In this document: positions 23,901-34,755 of the stretch, piece by piece
How the letters are laid out: every line of letters starts with the position of its first letter
Position numbering within the stretch: position 1 is the stretch's first letter
The notes under the pieces: model-generated
The model's database searches: none
The model's input: the letters and a program-made list of their open reading frames with translations, nothing else
Told to the model about the DNA's origin: nothing
Translations under genes and position numbers: made by a program
Source: Octopus bimaculoides
Lineage: Eukaryota
Reading direction: 5' to 3'
NCBI RefSeq assembly: GCF_001194135.2
Contig: NC_068988.1
Coordinates: 73,884,696-73,948,695, forward strand
DNA length: 64,000 nt

Positions 23901-24804
23901 NNNNNNNNNNNNNNNNNNNNNNNNNNNNNNNNNNNNNNNNNNNNNNNNNNNNNNNNNNNNNNNNNNNNNNNNNNNNNNNNNNNNNNNNNNNNNNNNNNNN
24001 NNNNNNNNNNNNNNNNNNNNNNNNNNNNNNNNNNNNNNNNNNNNNNNNNNNNNNNNNNNNNNNNNNNNNNNNNNNNNNNNNNNNNNNNNNNNNNNNNNNN
24101 NNNNNNNNNNNNNNNNNNNNNNNNNNNNNNNNNNNNNNNNNNNNNNNNNNNNNNNNNNNNNNNNNNNNNNNNNNNNNNNNNNNNNNNNNNNNNNNNNNNN
24201 NNNNNNNNNNNNNNNNNNNNNNNNNNNNNNNNNNNNNNNNNNNNNNNNNNNNNNNNNNNNNNNNNNNNNNNNNNNNNNNNNNNNNNNNNNNNNNNNNNNN
24301 NNNNNNNNATATATAGGAAAATTACAGAAATTTTTCTACCAGTGGCTAGCATGTATAAAATAGTCAAAAGACAACATATTTCATCATATAAAATTAGTGT
24401 ACATTTAAACACAAAAGAGGTGACCCTAACAGGACACCTTGCATGCTAGAAGGAACAGTTAAAGTCCGATTCACAGTTAAGAGCAATTTTGAAGGGAATG
24501 AAAAATAAAAACATTTACAATAGTTACCACCTGTAACTAGGTTTCAAACATTAATGAACAAATAAAATGATTTGTGATGTGTGTTCTCATCAGCAGGGTC
24601 GCCAAAAATTAACATATAATTATGAGACAAAATAGCACATGTCTCATCTTTATACGTTATAATTTTTCATAAAAATGTACTTCAAAATTACTAAAATCAT
24701 ATTAAGAAAATATACAGGGTAGGAAAATCACAGAAATTTACATATATGTGTGTGAGACATATTGAGTCAAGTACATCAAAATCAAATGGAAATTGTAATT
24801 GTGA

Positions 24805-25120
24805 TCCCCGTGCCGGTGGCACATAAACAGCACCATCTGAATGTGGCCAATGCCAGCACCGCCTTGACTGCCATCTGTGCCGGTGGCACTTAAAAAGCAC
24901 CAACTGATCGTAGTCGTTGCCAGTCTCCTCTGGCCCTTGTGCTGGTGGCACGTAAAAAGCACCCACAACACTTGGAGTGGTTGGCGTTAGGAAGGGCATT
25001 CAACTGTAGAAACACTGCCAGATTAGACTTGAGCCTGGTGCAGCCTCCTGGCTTCCCAGACCCCAATCAAACCGTCCAACCTATGCTAGCATGGAAAATG
25101 GACGTTAAACAATGATGATG
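24805..25120 (+). mobile_element. RTE-associated SINE/3' fragment with three internal hairpin repeats
   Basis: Three gtgccggtggcac-taaaaagcacc-type units, then ggttggcgttaggaagggcatt...ggacgttaaacaatgatgatg. Confidence 0.8.
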
Positions 25121-25199
25121 ATATAATATATATACATATATATATGTATACATGTATATATACACACACACACACACATATATATGTATGTATATATAC

Positions 25200-28002
25200 T
25201 TCAATAGGTTTTGGCCAGTATTGGCCCAGGCCATGTCGAACTTAATAGCACCACCTGGCGAAGTCATTCAAGTCAGGAATCGGACAACATGGCCCACTCA
25301 AGTAGAGAGTTATTGCTTACAGAGACAAATCTGGGATTTCTTGAAAGAATTTGTCCAAAGACTTCTTGGACTTTATGGGGGTCTGTTTCTGCTTTAATGT
25401 GTTTTGGTGTAATCTTAAAGAGAGTGGTGTCAATTGAAGTGAAATAATTGTACTGTATTGTTGTTATATGATGTGAGTATGATTTATGTCATGGGCGGAT
25501 AGCATGGGGCTCAGGTCTTGGGTGTATCTCAAAGGTGATGCCAACATCATTTGGGCAATGCTGATGGAATATTTTCCACATCAGGCAGATGATGTAGTAC
25601 TCACAGCGGTGTTAGAGAGAATAAAGCCCGAGTTTTTCTTGTCAACCCCAATAGCCAAGGCTTGTCATGCCATCTATCTTTTTTACATTTGACCTTTGAG
25701 GTGCTTCAACTTTCATGATACTTTGTTTCATGTGGACAGACCACAGTGGACAACAGTATTCAAAGTGGGGCTGGGCAAAAGTGGAGAAGAGAAGGATAAT
25801 GGTCTGGATATCTTTCAACTGGAAGGTTCTGAGAATCCAGGAACACATTCTGCAGGCCATGTCAACTTTGCTGTTTATATGAGTGGCCCGGCTTATGTTG
25901 TTGTCCACAAATTACTCCCAAGTCTCTGATGCTATGAGAGTTTCACCTGAAGAAAGGGAGTGTGGGAGTTTAAGGGTATTCTCTTTTCCGAAGTGGATTA
26001 ACTCAAATTTGTCCTCGTTCAGCAGCATATTATTCTTTTCCACCCATTGGATGACAGCCAGTAGATCTGACTGAAGGCATGTCCGGTCACCCACTATATT
26101 GATGACCTTCTGGATCTTGGAATCATCTGCAAAGATTCTTATGTTGCTGTGTTTAATGATGTTAGTAATGTCATTGATATTGTTACGCCGCACGTGGATC
26201 TCCGAGAGAAAACTCGCGTGCGACGACGAACGCCCAGTGAATCAGGAGTCCATCACGACTAGCTAGCGCGGACGCGAGAACTTTCGAGTGATAGATAGAT
26301 AGAGAGAGACAGACAGACAGACATATAGCTCGCTCCGGCCAGTCATGGTATTAGCTGTCAGTAGCCAAAGAATCGACAGGCCAGCAACAGGCATGCAGGC
26401 AGACAGACAGATACTTCACTAGCAGGCAGTGAGCACTTTCACTTCTGACAGCTAATAATAGCATGATAGTGCCCAAAGTTCTTCTCAACATTTAACATTA
26501 CAAAGTTTCCTTTTCTTTTCAACTATTTAACATCACAAAGTTTTTCACTCATTTCACATTACAAAGTTCGTTTACCAAGAGTCATTTAACAAAGTTCTTT
26601 TGCTTCTTTTGTTTTTCTTTTCTTTTCCTTTCTTTTAACAACACAGTTAACAACTCAGTTCTTTTTTTCTCTTCTATTCTTTTAAAAACATTTAACANNN
26701 NNNNNNNNNNNNNNNNNNNNNNNNNNNNNNNNNNNNNNNNNNNNNNNNNNNNNNNNNNNNNNNNNNNNNNNNNNNNNNNNNNNNNNNNNNNNNNNNNNNN
26801 NNNNNNNNNNNNNNNNNNNNNNNNNNNNNNNNNNNNNNNNNNNNNNNNNNNNNNNNNNNNNNNNNNNNNNNNNNNNNNNNNNNNNNNNNNNNNNNNNNNN
26901 NNNNNNNNNNNNNNNNNNNNNNNNNNNNNNNNNNNNNNNNNNNNNNNNNNNNNNNNNNNNNNNNNNNNNNNNNNNNNNNNNNNNNNNNNNNNNNNNNNNN
27001 NNNNNNNNNNNNNNNNNNNNNNNNNNNNNNNNNNNNNNNNNNNNNNNNNNNNNNCCAGAAAGATAGGCATACCGTACCTAACAGTGCTGCGTTCCCCCCT
27101 CCAAAGCTGGGTTAGTTTCTCACAGTTCCTATCTACTTTAAACTCTCGGTGACCGGAGAGGGTCAGAGATCAAGTTCCTACGGCCATAAATAACCGTGCT
27201 CGTTGACCGGACAAAGGAAATACCACTGACCTGAACAACTAGAACACGGTTTCAAACCCAGCTCGTGGAAGAGGGACATAACGTTTTTGTTTTTGTTTTT
27301 CGGTGGTCGTATCACTATAGATGAGGAAAAGAAGTGAGCCCAACACAGTGCCTTGTGGAACAGCACTACTGACTTTCACTGGGCTTGATTTTACTCCTTT
27401 GACTACGTGTTGGGTTCTGTCTGTTAGGAAACACTTGGTCCATTGTAGTAACTTTCCAGAGACACCAATGTTAGATAGTTTTTTCAAGAGAATCTTATGA
27501 TTAACCCTGTCAAAGGCCTCACTGAAATCAAGGTAGATGACATTGGTGTTGGAGCCCTCTCCCAAAGCTCTCGAAATGTCATCAATGTCATCAAAGTGAT
27601 GCAGAACACCCTGTTGGTTGGGGTTCAGCAGTCTGTTGCTTTCAAGAAAGTGGGTTATTCATGATCTCACCACCCTCTCAAATACCTTGATGATATGAGA
27701 GGTGAGTGAGATTGGGAAATAGTTCACTGCAAGTGATTTGTTTCCCTTTTTGAAAACTGGGACAGAAAGTTTCCAGGAATATAGCTAGCATCCAGTGAGT
27801 TCCTCCACAGATTAGCAATAGGAGATGCAAGTTGGTATCAACACACCTTTAGGATACAAGCAGGGAACCTATCAGGGCCTTCTGCTGAATTGTGTTTAAT
27901 TTTGTTTATTGCCGCTAAGACATCAGGGGTGCCAAATGTTATGTCCGATATAATGTGTTGACTATTAACATCACTGATACAGTCCAGATCAGCCATATCA
28001 GG
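25200..28002 (-). mobile_element. 5'-truncated CR1-clade LINE, interrupted by an LTR-like insert
   Basis: Minus-strand motifs SAEGPDRFP, VIYLDFSEAFDRVNH, VPQGTVLGSLLFLIY|INDI, RIFADDSK, QPHFEYCCPLW and LDKFFQEIPD. Confidence 0.9.
26181..27314. mobile_element. Solo-LTR-like insertion containing an assembly gap
   Basis: Termini TGTTACG...CGTATCA (TG..CA, 6/7 inverted). Flanks atat/ctat are a 4-bp TSD with one mismatch. Removal restores CR1 FLIYINDI. Confidence 0.7.
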
Positions 28003-28500
28003 AAGATAAAGTGAATGTTAAGTGTAGGAAGTCGATAAAATGATACCTTCATTGTGCCTGACATTTAAACATCAGTGGTGTTGGGATAAGACTCTGTATC
28101 ATAGTTGACATTCTCACTGTAAGCCTTCTCTCAGTTGAGTTATCTCACTAACTGGATTCTGCTTGTGGTCGCCTCTGGGTCATCTCCTTTTTACCAACTA
28201 ACGTTTACCTACAGTGTTTTAGTATTTATAATTATCCAAACTAGTTAGAAGGAGAGACATATTGTTGAGAACAATGAATTTCGTTGGCGGTCTGTTATCT
28301 CTATTCTCGCTTTCAGTGAAATAGAAGAGGTTAGAAGTGGCAAAGACATTATTCTGCTTAGCAAAGGCATCTAGCAAATGTAACTGCTGTCACTCACAGA
28401 AAAACTATTGTTTTACCGTGAGAAAAGTGCTGTTGAACTGTTGAGTGAAATTTGGCTATCAAGGATTGAATCCACGCTAGGCCTGCATGAATCCACTACA
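28003..28500 (-). mobile_element. 3'-truncated LTR of the same family as 30129-30823
   Basis: Reverse complement starts tgtagtgg at 28500 and aligns over ~500 bp with both LTRs. Confidence 0.85.
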
Positions 28501-28717
28501 ACTCATATCCTGTACTAAAACATGTTATATGGAATTAAAGATATTCCAAATTTTCCAGTTTTTGTTTTATTCTGCAAATATAATTCTCCAGAATTTTCAA
28601 GTAGTATGTCTACTGCGTTTAAAATAAAACATCTATATACATACATTTGATTACTGGAATGTGCAGATGAGCTTCCACAAGTGCATAACTTGGATTATAA
28701 CCCCATCTATATGCTAC

Positions 28718-28751
<34 letters not shown>

Positions 28752-28779
28752 TGAGAGAGAGAGAGAGAGAACAAATACA

Positions 28780-28942
28780 CAACTTAGGGCTTCATTCTTA
28801 GTTTCCATTTATCAAAACTACTCACAAGCATTTGGCTGGTCCAGAGCTATAGCAAAATATACTTGCTTCTAAGGTGCCATACAGTTGCAGTGAACCCAAA
28901 ATCACATGATTGGGGAGCGAACTTCTTAAACCCACAACTATG
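28780..28942 (-). mobile_element. Decayed tRNA-derived SINE 5' part
   Basis: Minus strand catagttgtgggtttaagaagttcgct...gggttcact...ggcacctt...gcttgtgagt. Confidence 0.5.
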
Positions 28943-29759
28943 TTTTGATGTGTAAGGTACGACCGTGCGAACTCATAAAAGGAGAAATGGTGACGAATGG
29001 AAAAACAGAGGACTCCTTTTATTTAAACGTGTCACACGGTCGAACACATAATTATATATCTCATGGATGATATAGATGATATGTTATGCGACGATAACAT
29101 AGATGACCAGTAATGAAAGACCACAACCGTATTAGATGAATAACAGNNNNNNNNNNNNNNNNNNNNNNNNNNNNNNNNNNNNNNNNNNNNNNNNNNNNNN
29201 NNNNNNNNNNNNNNNNNNNNNNNNNNNNNNNNNNNNNNNNNNNNNNNNNNNNNNNNNNNNNNNNNNNNNNNNNNNNNNNNNNNNNNNNNNNNNNNNNNNN
29301 NNNNNNNNNNNNNNNNNNNNNNNNNNNNNNNNNNNNNNNNNNNNNNNNNNNNNNNNNNNNNNNNNNNNNNNNNNNNNNNNNNNNNNNNNNNNNNNNNNNN
29401 NNNNNNNNNNNNNNNNNNNNNNNNNNNNNNNNNNNNNNNNNNNNNNNNNNNNNNNNNNNNNNNNNNNNNNNNNNNNNNNNNNNNNNNNNNNNNNNNNNNN
29501 NNNNNNNNNNNNNNNNNNNNNNNNNNNNNNNNNNNNNNNNNNNNNNNNNNNNNNNNNNNNNNNNNNNNNNNNNNNNNNNNNNNNNNNNNNNNNNNNNNNN
29601 NNNNNNNNNNNNNNNNNNNNNNNNNNNNNNNNNNNNCTGCTGTCGTGTGGTACACGGAACAGTTCTCAAAGAGAAACTGGACCGAGACAAATTATTGGGT
29701 ATGAGTTAAAGCTATTTATAACAAACTATGGGCTCCCGAAGGCTTCAGAATTTTACTCT

Positions 29760-29960
29760 ATCACGTGACCTTATTAGGGGCCGTGATTGGTCAGTTTGCG
29801 TTCTGGCGGGAACGATTCGAAGAAGTTGCCGATTCGAATAATGATCAGTCACGTGATGGACAAGGAATGGGTTCTCTACTACGCTCGCATTTATTTATAT
29901 TTAAATGAGAAGATTGTATGTAATGGCGATAGTAGTTTGTATCTAATGGCGGGAGGTAGT
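29760..29960. promoter_or_regulatory. CpG-rich promoter-like island
   Basis: Two inverted extended E-boxes (atcacgtgac 29760, gtcacgtgat 29848), reverse CCAAT (gattgg 29785), E2F-like tggcgggaa (29804) and atggcg YY1-like motifs in an otherwise CpG-poor context. Confidence 0.5.
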
Positions 29961-30128
29961 TTCACTACAGATGTTTGTTTGATTCGTGTGTTTGTGTCTG
30001 TAGCAATTTTACTTATAATTCAAAATTTTTTTCCTTTCTCTTCACATCTTCAAAACCTGAATTGTTAGTTTCAAGCTTTTCTCCCAGCAAAGTTAAAGAT
30101 ATTTTAGTGGTTCTCTCAACTACCATAA

Positions 30129-33100
30129 TGTAGTGGCTTCATGCAGGTATGGCGTGGATTTGATCCTCGATCACCGAATTTCGTTTAACAGTTCAACAGC
30201 ACTTTTCTCACGGTAAAACAATAGTTTTTCTGTGAGTGACAGCAGTTACATTTACCAGATGCCTTCGCTAAGCAGAATGTCTTTGTCACTTGGCTCTTCT
30301 AACCTCTTCTATTTCACCAAAAGCAAGAATAGAGATAACAGACCGCCAACGAAATTCATTGTTCTCAACAATATGTCTCTCCTTCTAACTAGTTTGGATA
30401 ATTATAAATACTAAAACACTGTAGGTAAAAGTTAGTTGGTAAAAAGGATATGACCCAGAGGCGACCATGGGCAGAATCCAGTTAGTGAGATAATTCAACT
30501 GAGAGAAGGCTTACAGTGTCAATGTCAACTATGATACAGTGTCTTATCCCAACACCACTGATGTTTAGATGTCAGGCACAATGAAGGTATCATTTTATCA
30601 ACTTCCTACACTTAACATTCACTCTATCTTCCTCTGATTTTCTAGTTAGGCTGCTAGCAGTTGACCAAACATAAACAGCAACAACATACAATAAAAGATA
30701 ACTCTATGCCATTGAGGCATGGCATTATACGAAGTAACGATAAAAAAATATTTCTTTACAACTTCGATCACTGTTCTTTCATCTTACAAATGGCAAACAA
30801 CGCCTATAACACATCTCATTACAATTGGTGACCCCGAGCCAAAGAATTGCAGCCTTTGCATGAACAGTTGTCACATCCATCAATTACAATTGGTGCACTC
30901 TGTCAGTTACGCCAACAAGGGTTCCAGTTGATCTGATCAACGGAACAGCCTGCTCGTGAAATTAATGTGCAAGTGGCTGAGCACTCCACAGACATGTGTA
31001 CTCTTAACATAGCTGTCAGGGAAATTCAGGGTGACATCGAGTGTGACAAGGCTGGCCCTTTAAAATACAGGTACACAGGAAGAAAGAGTGAGAGAAAGTA
31101 GTGGTGAAAAAGTGCAGCAGGGTTCGCCACCACCCCCTGCCGGAGCCTTGTGGAGCTTTAGGTGTGTTTGCTCAATAAACACTCACAACGCCCTGTCTGG
31201 GAATCGAAATCGTGGTCCTATGACTGCAAATCCACTGCCCTAACCACTGGGCCTCCATGATTACAATCGGTAACCTCGACTAGAAAGAACTACTTCCTTC
31301 TGATGCGACAAGAGCCGTTGCATATCGTTACAACTGGTGACCAATGACACCACCTTCACACAACTGTTACATTGGTCACTCTGTCTAAAAACAATTGCTA
31401 CCTTCTGATGCTAGATGCTGCTGCATTTTGCCGACTCCGATGCTGTAAAGAATTCTTGAATTTCTGATACTGCATGTTCCATTACGTTGTCACATACATT
31501 TGAGACCCGAGCTAAAATAAATACGGATTTCTTTTCAACACTTTCGTCAAGCCACAACTCTCGTTCGACTTGTTTCACAACGCGCTACAGAAAGCTCTAT
31601 ACTGCTTTGCAATCTACGATTCACTTCACTATAATGCGACACTGCCGATGCACAAAGATTTCACTGATCATGGAAGCCAATAAGCGCAGCATTTCGACAG
31701 CTACCTGCCCAGAAACTGGAAGGAAATACGGAAGCCCGCACATGCAACCTTTTTGACACACACATGCTTTTCGTCTCGTCCCGATGTACAGTCATTGTAT
31801 TGTCTACAAACTTTTCTGCAAACCTATGACTCTCATATAGACTTTCAACAACCTCTTTTTCTTTGCGTGCACCTCTTTTTCTCACTTTCAGCAGAAGACT
31901 TTACACAAAGGACATTATTTCCAACTAAATTTGTCACTTTTGTTTGCTCTTTTCTATGCTGTTCGTTTCTTTTGCTGCACCACACAACGTTCATACATGT
32001 ACTTGCATGTTAACACTGTCACATTCATGCACCACTCCATGCCTTTCTTGCTTGTTTTTCATACTCCTTGCGAGAATACATTTACCAAATGTCTATTACT
32101 TTACATACATCAGGGCTTAAGTCGTCTGTTATTTCTGTTTAGTTCACTCAGATTCGTTTCACATTCACTGTTGACATTTTTTTGTTCTTTTCCTACCGGA
32201 AGTCCCTTTTTTCTTCCTGCTGACCAACTTCCTCAACAAAGTTTCTGTCTACAGTTCGTTTGTCACGAATCTTGCCCTACATGGTCACGTATACATAGAG
32301 AAAGTTGTTTGTCCCTTACAACACGCCAGCATGCCTCACTTTTGCTCTTGCACATTTCAAGGCTTTTAATACCTCATGTATTGGCTGGCATATTCAGCAC
32401 TGCCTCAATCACTGGTATATTCATCACTGTTTTGTATTTGTAATCACTGCACTAGCATACTACCTCAGCCATAAGCCCTTTTGCACACACAACTCTGTTA
32501 TTCCTCTACTGCCTTGTTTTTCAACAAGTCTGTGCCAGCTCAGCTCTTTTCCTGACTTGATGCACGTTGGATGTTCACATGCTCTATGCTAATGTTTAGA
32601 CATAATTTCCCTCTGTTAGACCCCTGTTTGGTCACATGATAAATAGAGAAAATTACCTGTCTCACGCATCACTCCAGCATGCTACACTGTCATTCTTGCT
32701 AACCTCAGCAATTACCCACACCAGCGCCAGACACATTTCACTTCTGAAAAAGCTTCAAGGCATTTCACACACTGCAAACCTGTAAGAAACTCTACGATAT
32801 CATAGATTGAGAATACACTCACTCGCTCACCTGAGCTTATTTTACAGTGAATTTTGATATATGCACCTGCACTCGTGTATACGCCCTCATGCGTTAACTC
32901 ATTTTCCATACTGCCCAGTGACTGAGTGCACATTTTGGCACGCAAAGCGACACTGCAATTTGGACCTCTCCGAATAGAAAATTGTCCTGTATACATTTCA
33001 ATGATCCTCTCTCCTGATATGCAAAGCCTTTTCTCAGCCATGTATTTCTTTCTTTTCCTCGATCGTTCGTTTCCTTTTCCTGGAACCTCTCTGGAGGGGG

Positions 33101-33868
33101 AGTGATATAATGGATTCATGCAAGCATGGTGTGGATTTGATCCTCGATCACCAAATTTCACTTAACAGTTCAACAGCACTTTTCTCATGGTAAAACAATA
33201 GTTTTTCTGTGAGTGACAGCAGTTACATTTACCAGATGCCTTTGCTAAGCAGATAATGTCTTTGCCACTTGGCCCTTCTAGCCTCTTCTATTTCACCAAA
33301 AGTCAGAATAGAGATAACAGACCGCCAACGAAATTCATTGTTCTCAACACTATGTCTCTCTTTCTAACTAGTTTGGATAATTATAAATACTAAAACACTG
33401 TAGGTAAAAGTTAGTTGGTAAAAAGGATATGACCCAGAGGCGACCATGGGCAGAATCCAGTTAGTGAGATAATTCAACTGAGAGAAGGCTTACAGTGAGA
33501 ATGTCAACTATGATACAGTGTCTTATCCCAACACCACTGATGTTTAAATGTCAGGCACAATGAAGGTATCATTTTATCGACTTCCTACACTTAACATTCA
33601 CTTTATCTTCTTCTAATTTCCTAGTTAGGCAGCTAGCAGTTGACCAAACATAAGCAGCAGCAGAATAAAAGAAAAGGTAAGTCTATTGTTTTTATATGAT
33701 ACACACACCTGCCCGTCGAGGTATGGCATTATACAAAGTAACAGTTAATAAATATTTCTTTACAACTGCGATCACTGTTCTTCATTCATCTTGCACATCT
33801 GCAACAGCAACACCCGATACAATCGCTAACTGCCGACTTCAACATATATCATAATACAAACCGTTACA
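30129..33868 (+). mobile_element. Non-autonomous Gypsy-like LTR retroelement (LARD-like)
   Basis: 5' LTR 30129-30823 (TGTAGTG...CATTACA), PBS tggtgaccccga 30826-30837 (tRNA-Trp type), PPT ggagggggagtga 33093-33105, 3' LTR 33106-33868 (...CGTTACA), TSD ataa/atag. No gag/pol motifs seen. Confidence 0.85.
30895..31253 (-). mobile_element. tRNA-derived SINE family A nested in the LTR element leader
   Basis: Matches 6323-6697. Flanked by a ~18-bp TSD-like pair tccatcaattacaattggt / tccatgattacaatcggt. Confidence 0.85.
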
Positions 33869-34654
33869 ATAGCAACTTTTAAGGTTTTTTCTAATGTTGT
33901 GCATGTTTCCTTCAAAATCATTTCTTTGTACATTACTTATACTTGTGCCCCCAGTCAATGTTACTGATCGTACAATCTATATATCTGAAGTCCCATTCTA
34001 TTAATTTGTTATTCTGCTACAAAATTGGTAACACTCCAATATTTTTTTTTTTTTTTTGTAGCAGAAATTGTATTGANNNNNNNNNNATTCCCAGAATTTT
34101 AGCCCCAATTTTACCATGATTTGAAAAATAAAATTGCAGTTATATTTTGGCGTCGCTAAAGTACTCGCCAATTTTGACATTTTCCATTAGCTCCATTGAT
34201 AAAATATATATTCGTTTTATTTGTTCCTTGTACCATTTCTGTACAGAGGTGATTCATCTTTGTCTCTTTATTTAGCTATAGTCAGATCTGTAGTAGGATG
34301 GACTCTGCCAACTTTTAAAATGCTGAAAACACGCCATGTGTCACGACGGCACTCTTACGACTTCATTAGGTGCTGCGGGCTCAAAGCAAGGTGATTATAA
34401 ATATATTGAATGACGTTATTTCAGAATGAATCCTAAGCAGTCACATGCACTGAAAGAGTTAGCAGTAAAACATCTTAACTAACAATAAACTGTCGGTGTT
34501 CATTTAAATGCTGCTGTGTATGCAAGGCTTTGTTTGCATTAGGTTATGTTTGAGGGGCAATGAAGTTAAACAAATTGCATTAGTTACAATGTTGCGAAAA
34601 ACTAAATATTGAAAGCTAGGGGATGTAACAAGAGTTATGTTTCTTCTAATAATT

Positions 34655-34755
34655 ACGCATGCGCATACTTTTGGTTTCCGCTTTGAATAACGATTGTTGA
34701 TTTATGTTCCCATTTACAGTTATAACTCATTTATAAAATATTTCCGTAAGTATTA
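34655..34755 (+). promoter_or_regulatory. Possible proximal promoter/first exon upstream of ZNF paralog 2
   Basis: NRF1-like tacgcatgcgca at 34654-34665, followed by a candidate donor cc|gtaagt near 34745. Confidence 0.3.

Noticed and set aside
24810-24963. CRISPR-like repeat-spacer pattern (palindromic gtgccggtggcac x3, 62-67 bp period)
   Set aside because: The context is eukaryotic with no cas genes, the spacers are mutually related, and the same units occur in the RTE 3'UTR at about 44190-44230.
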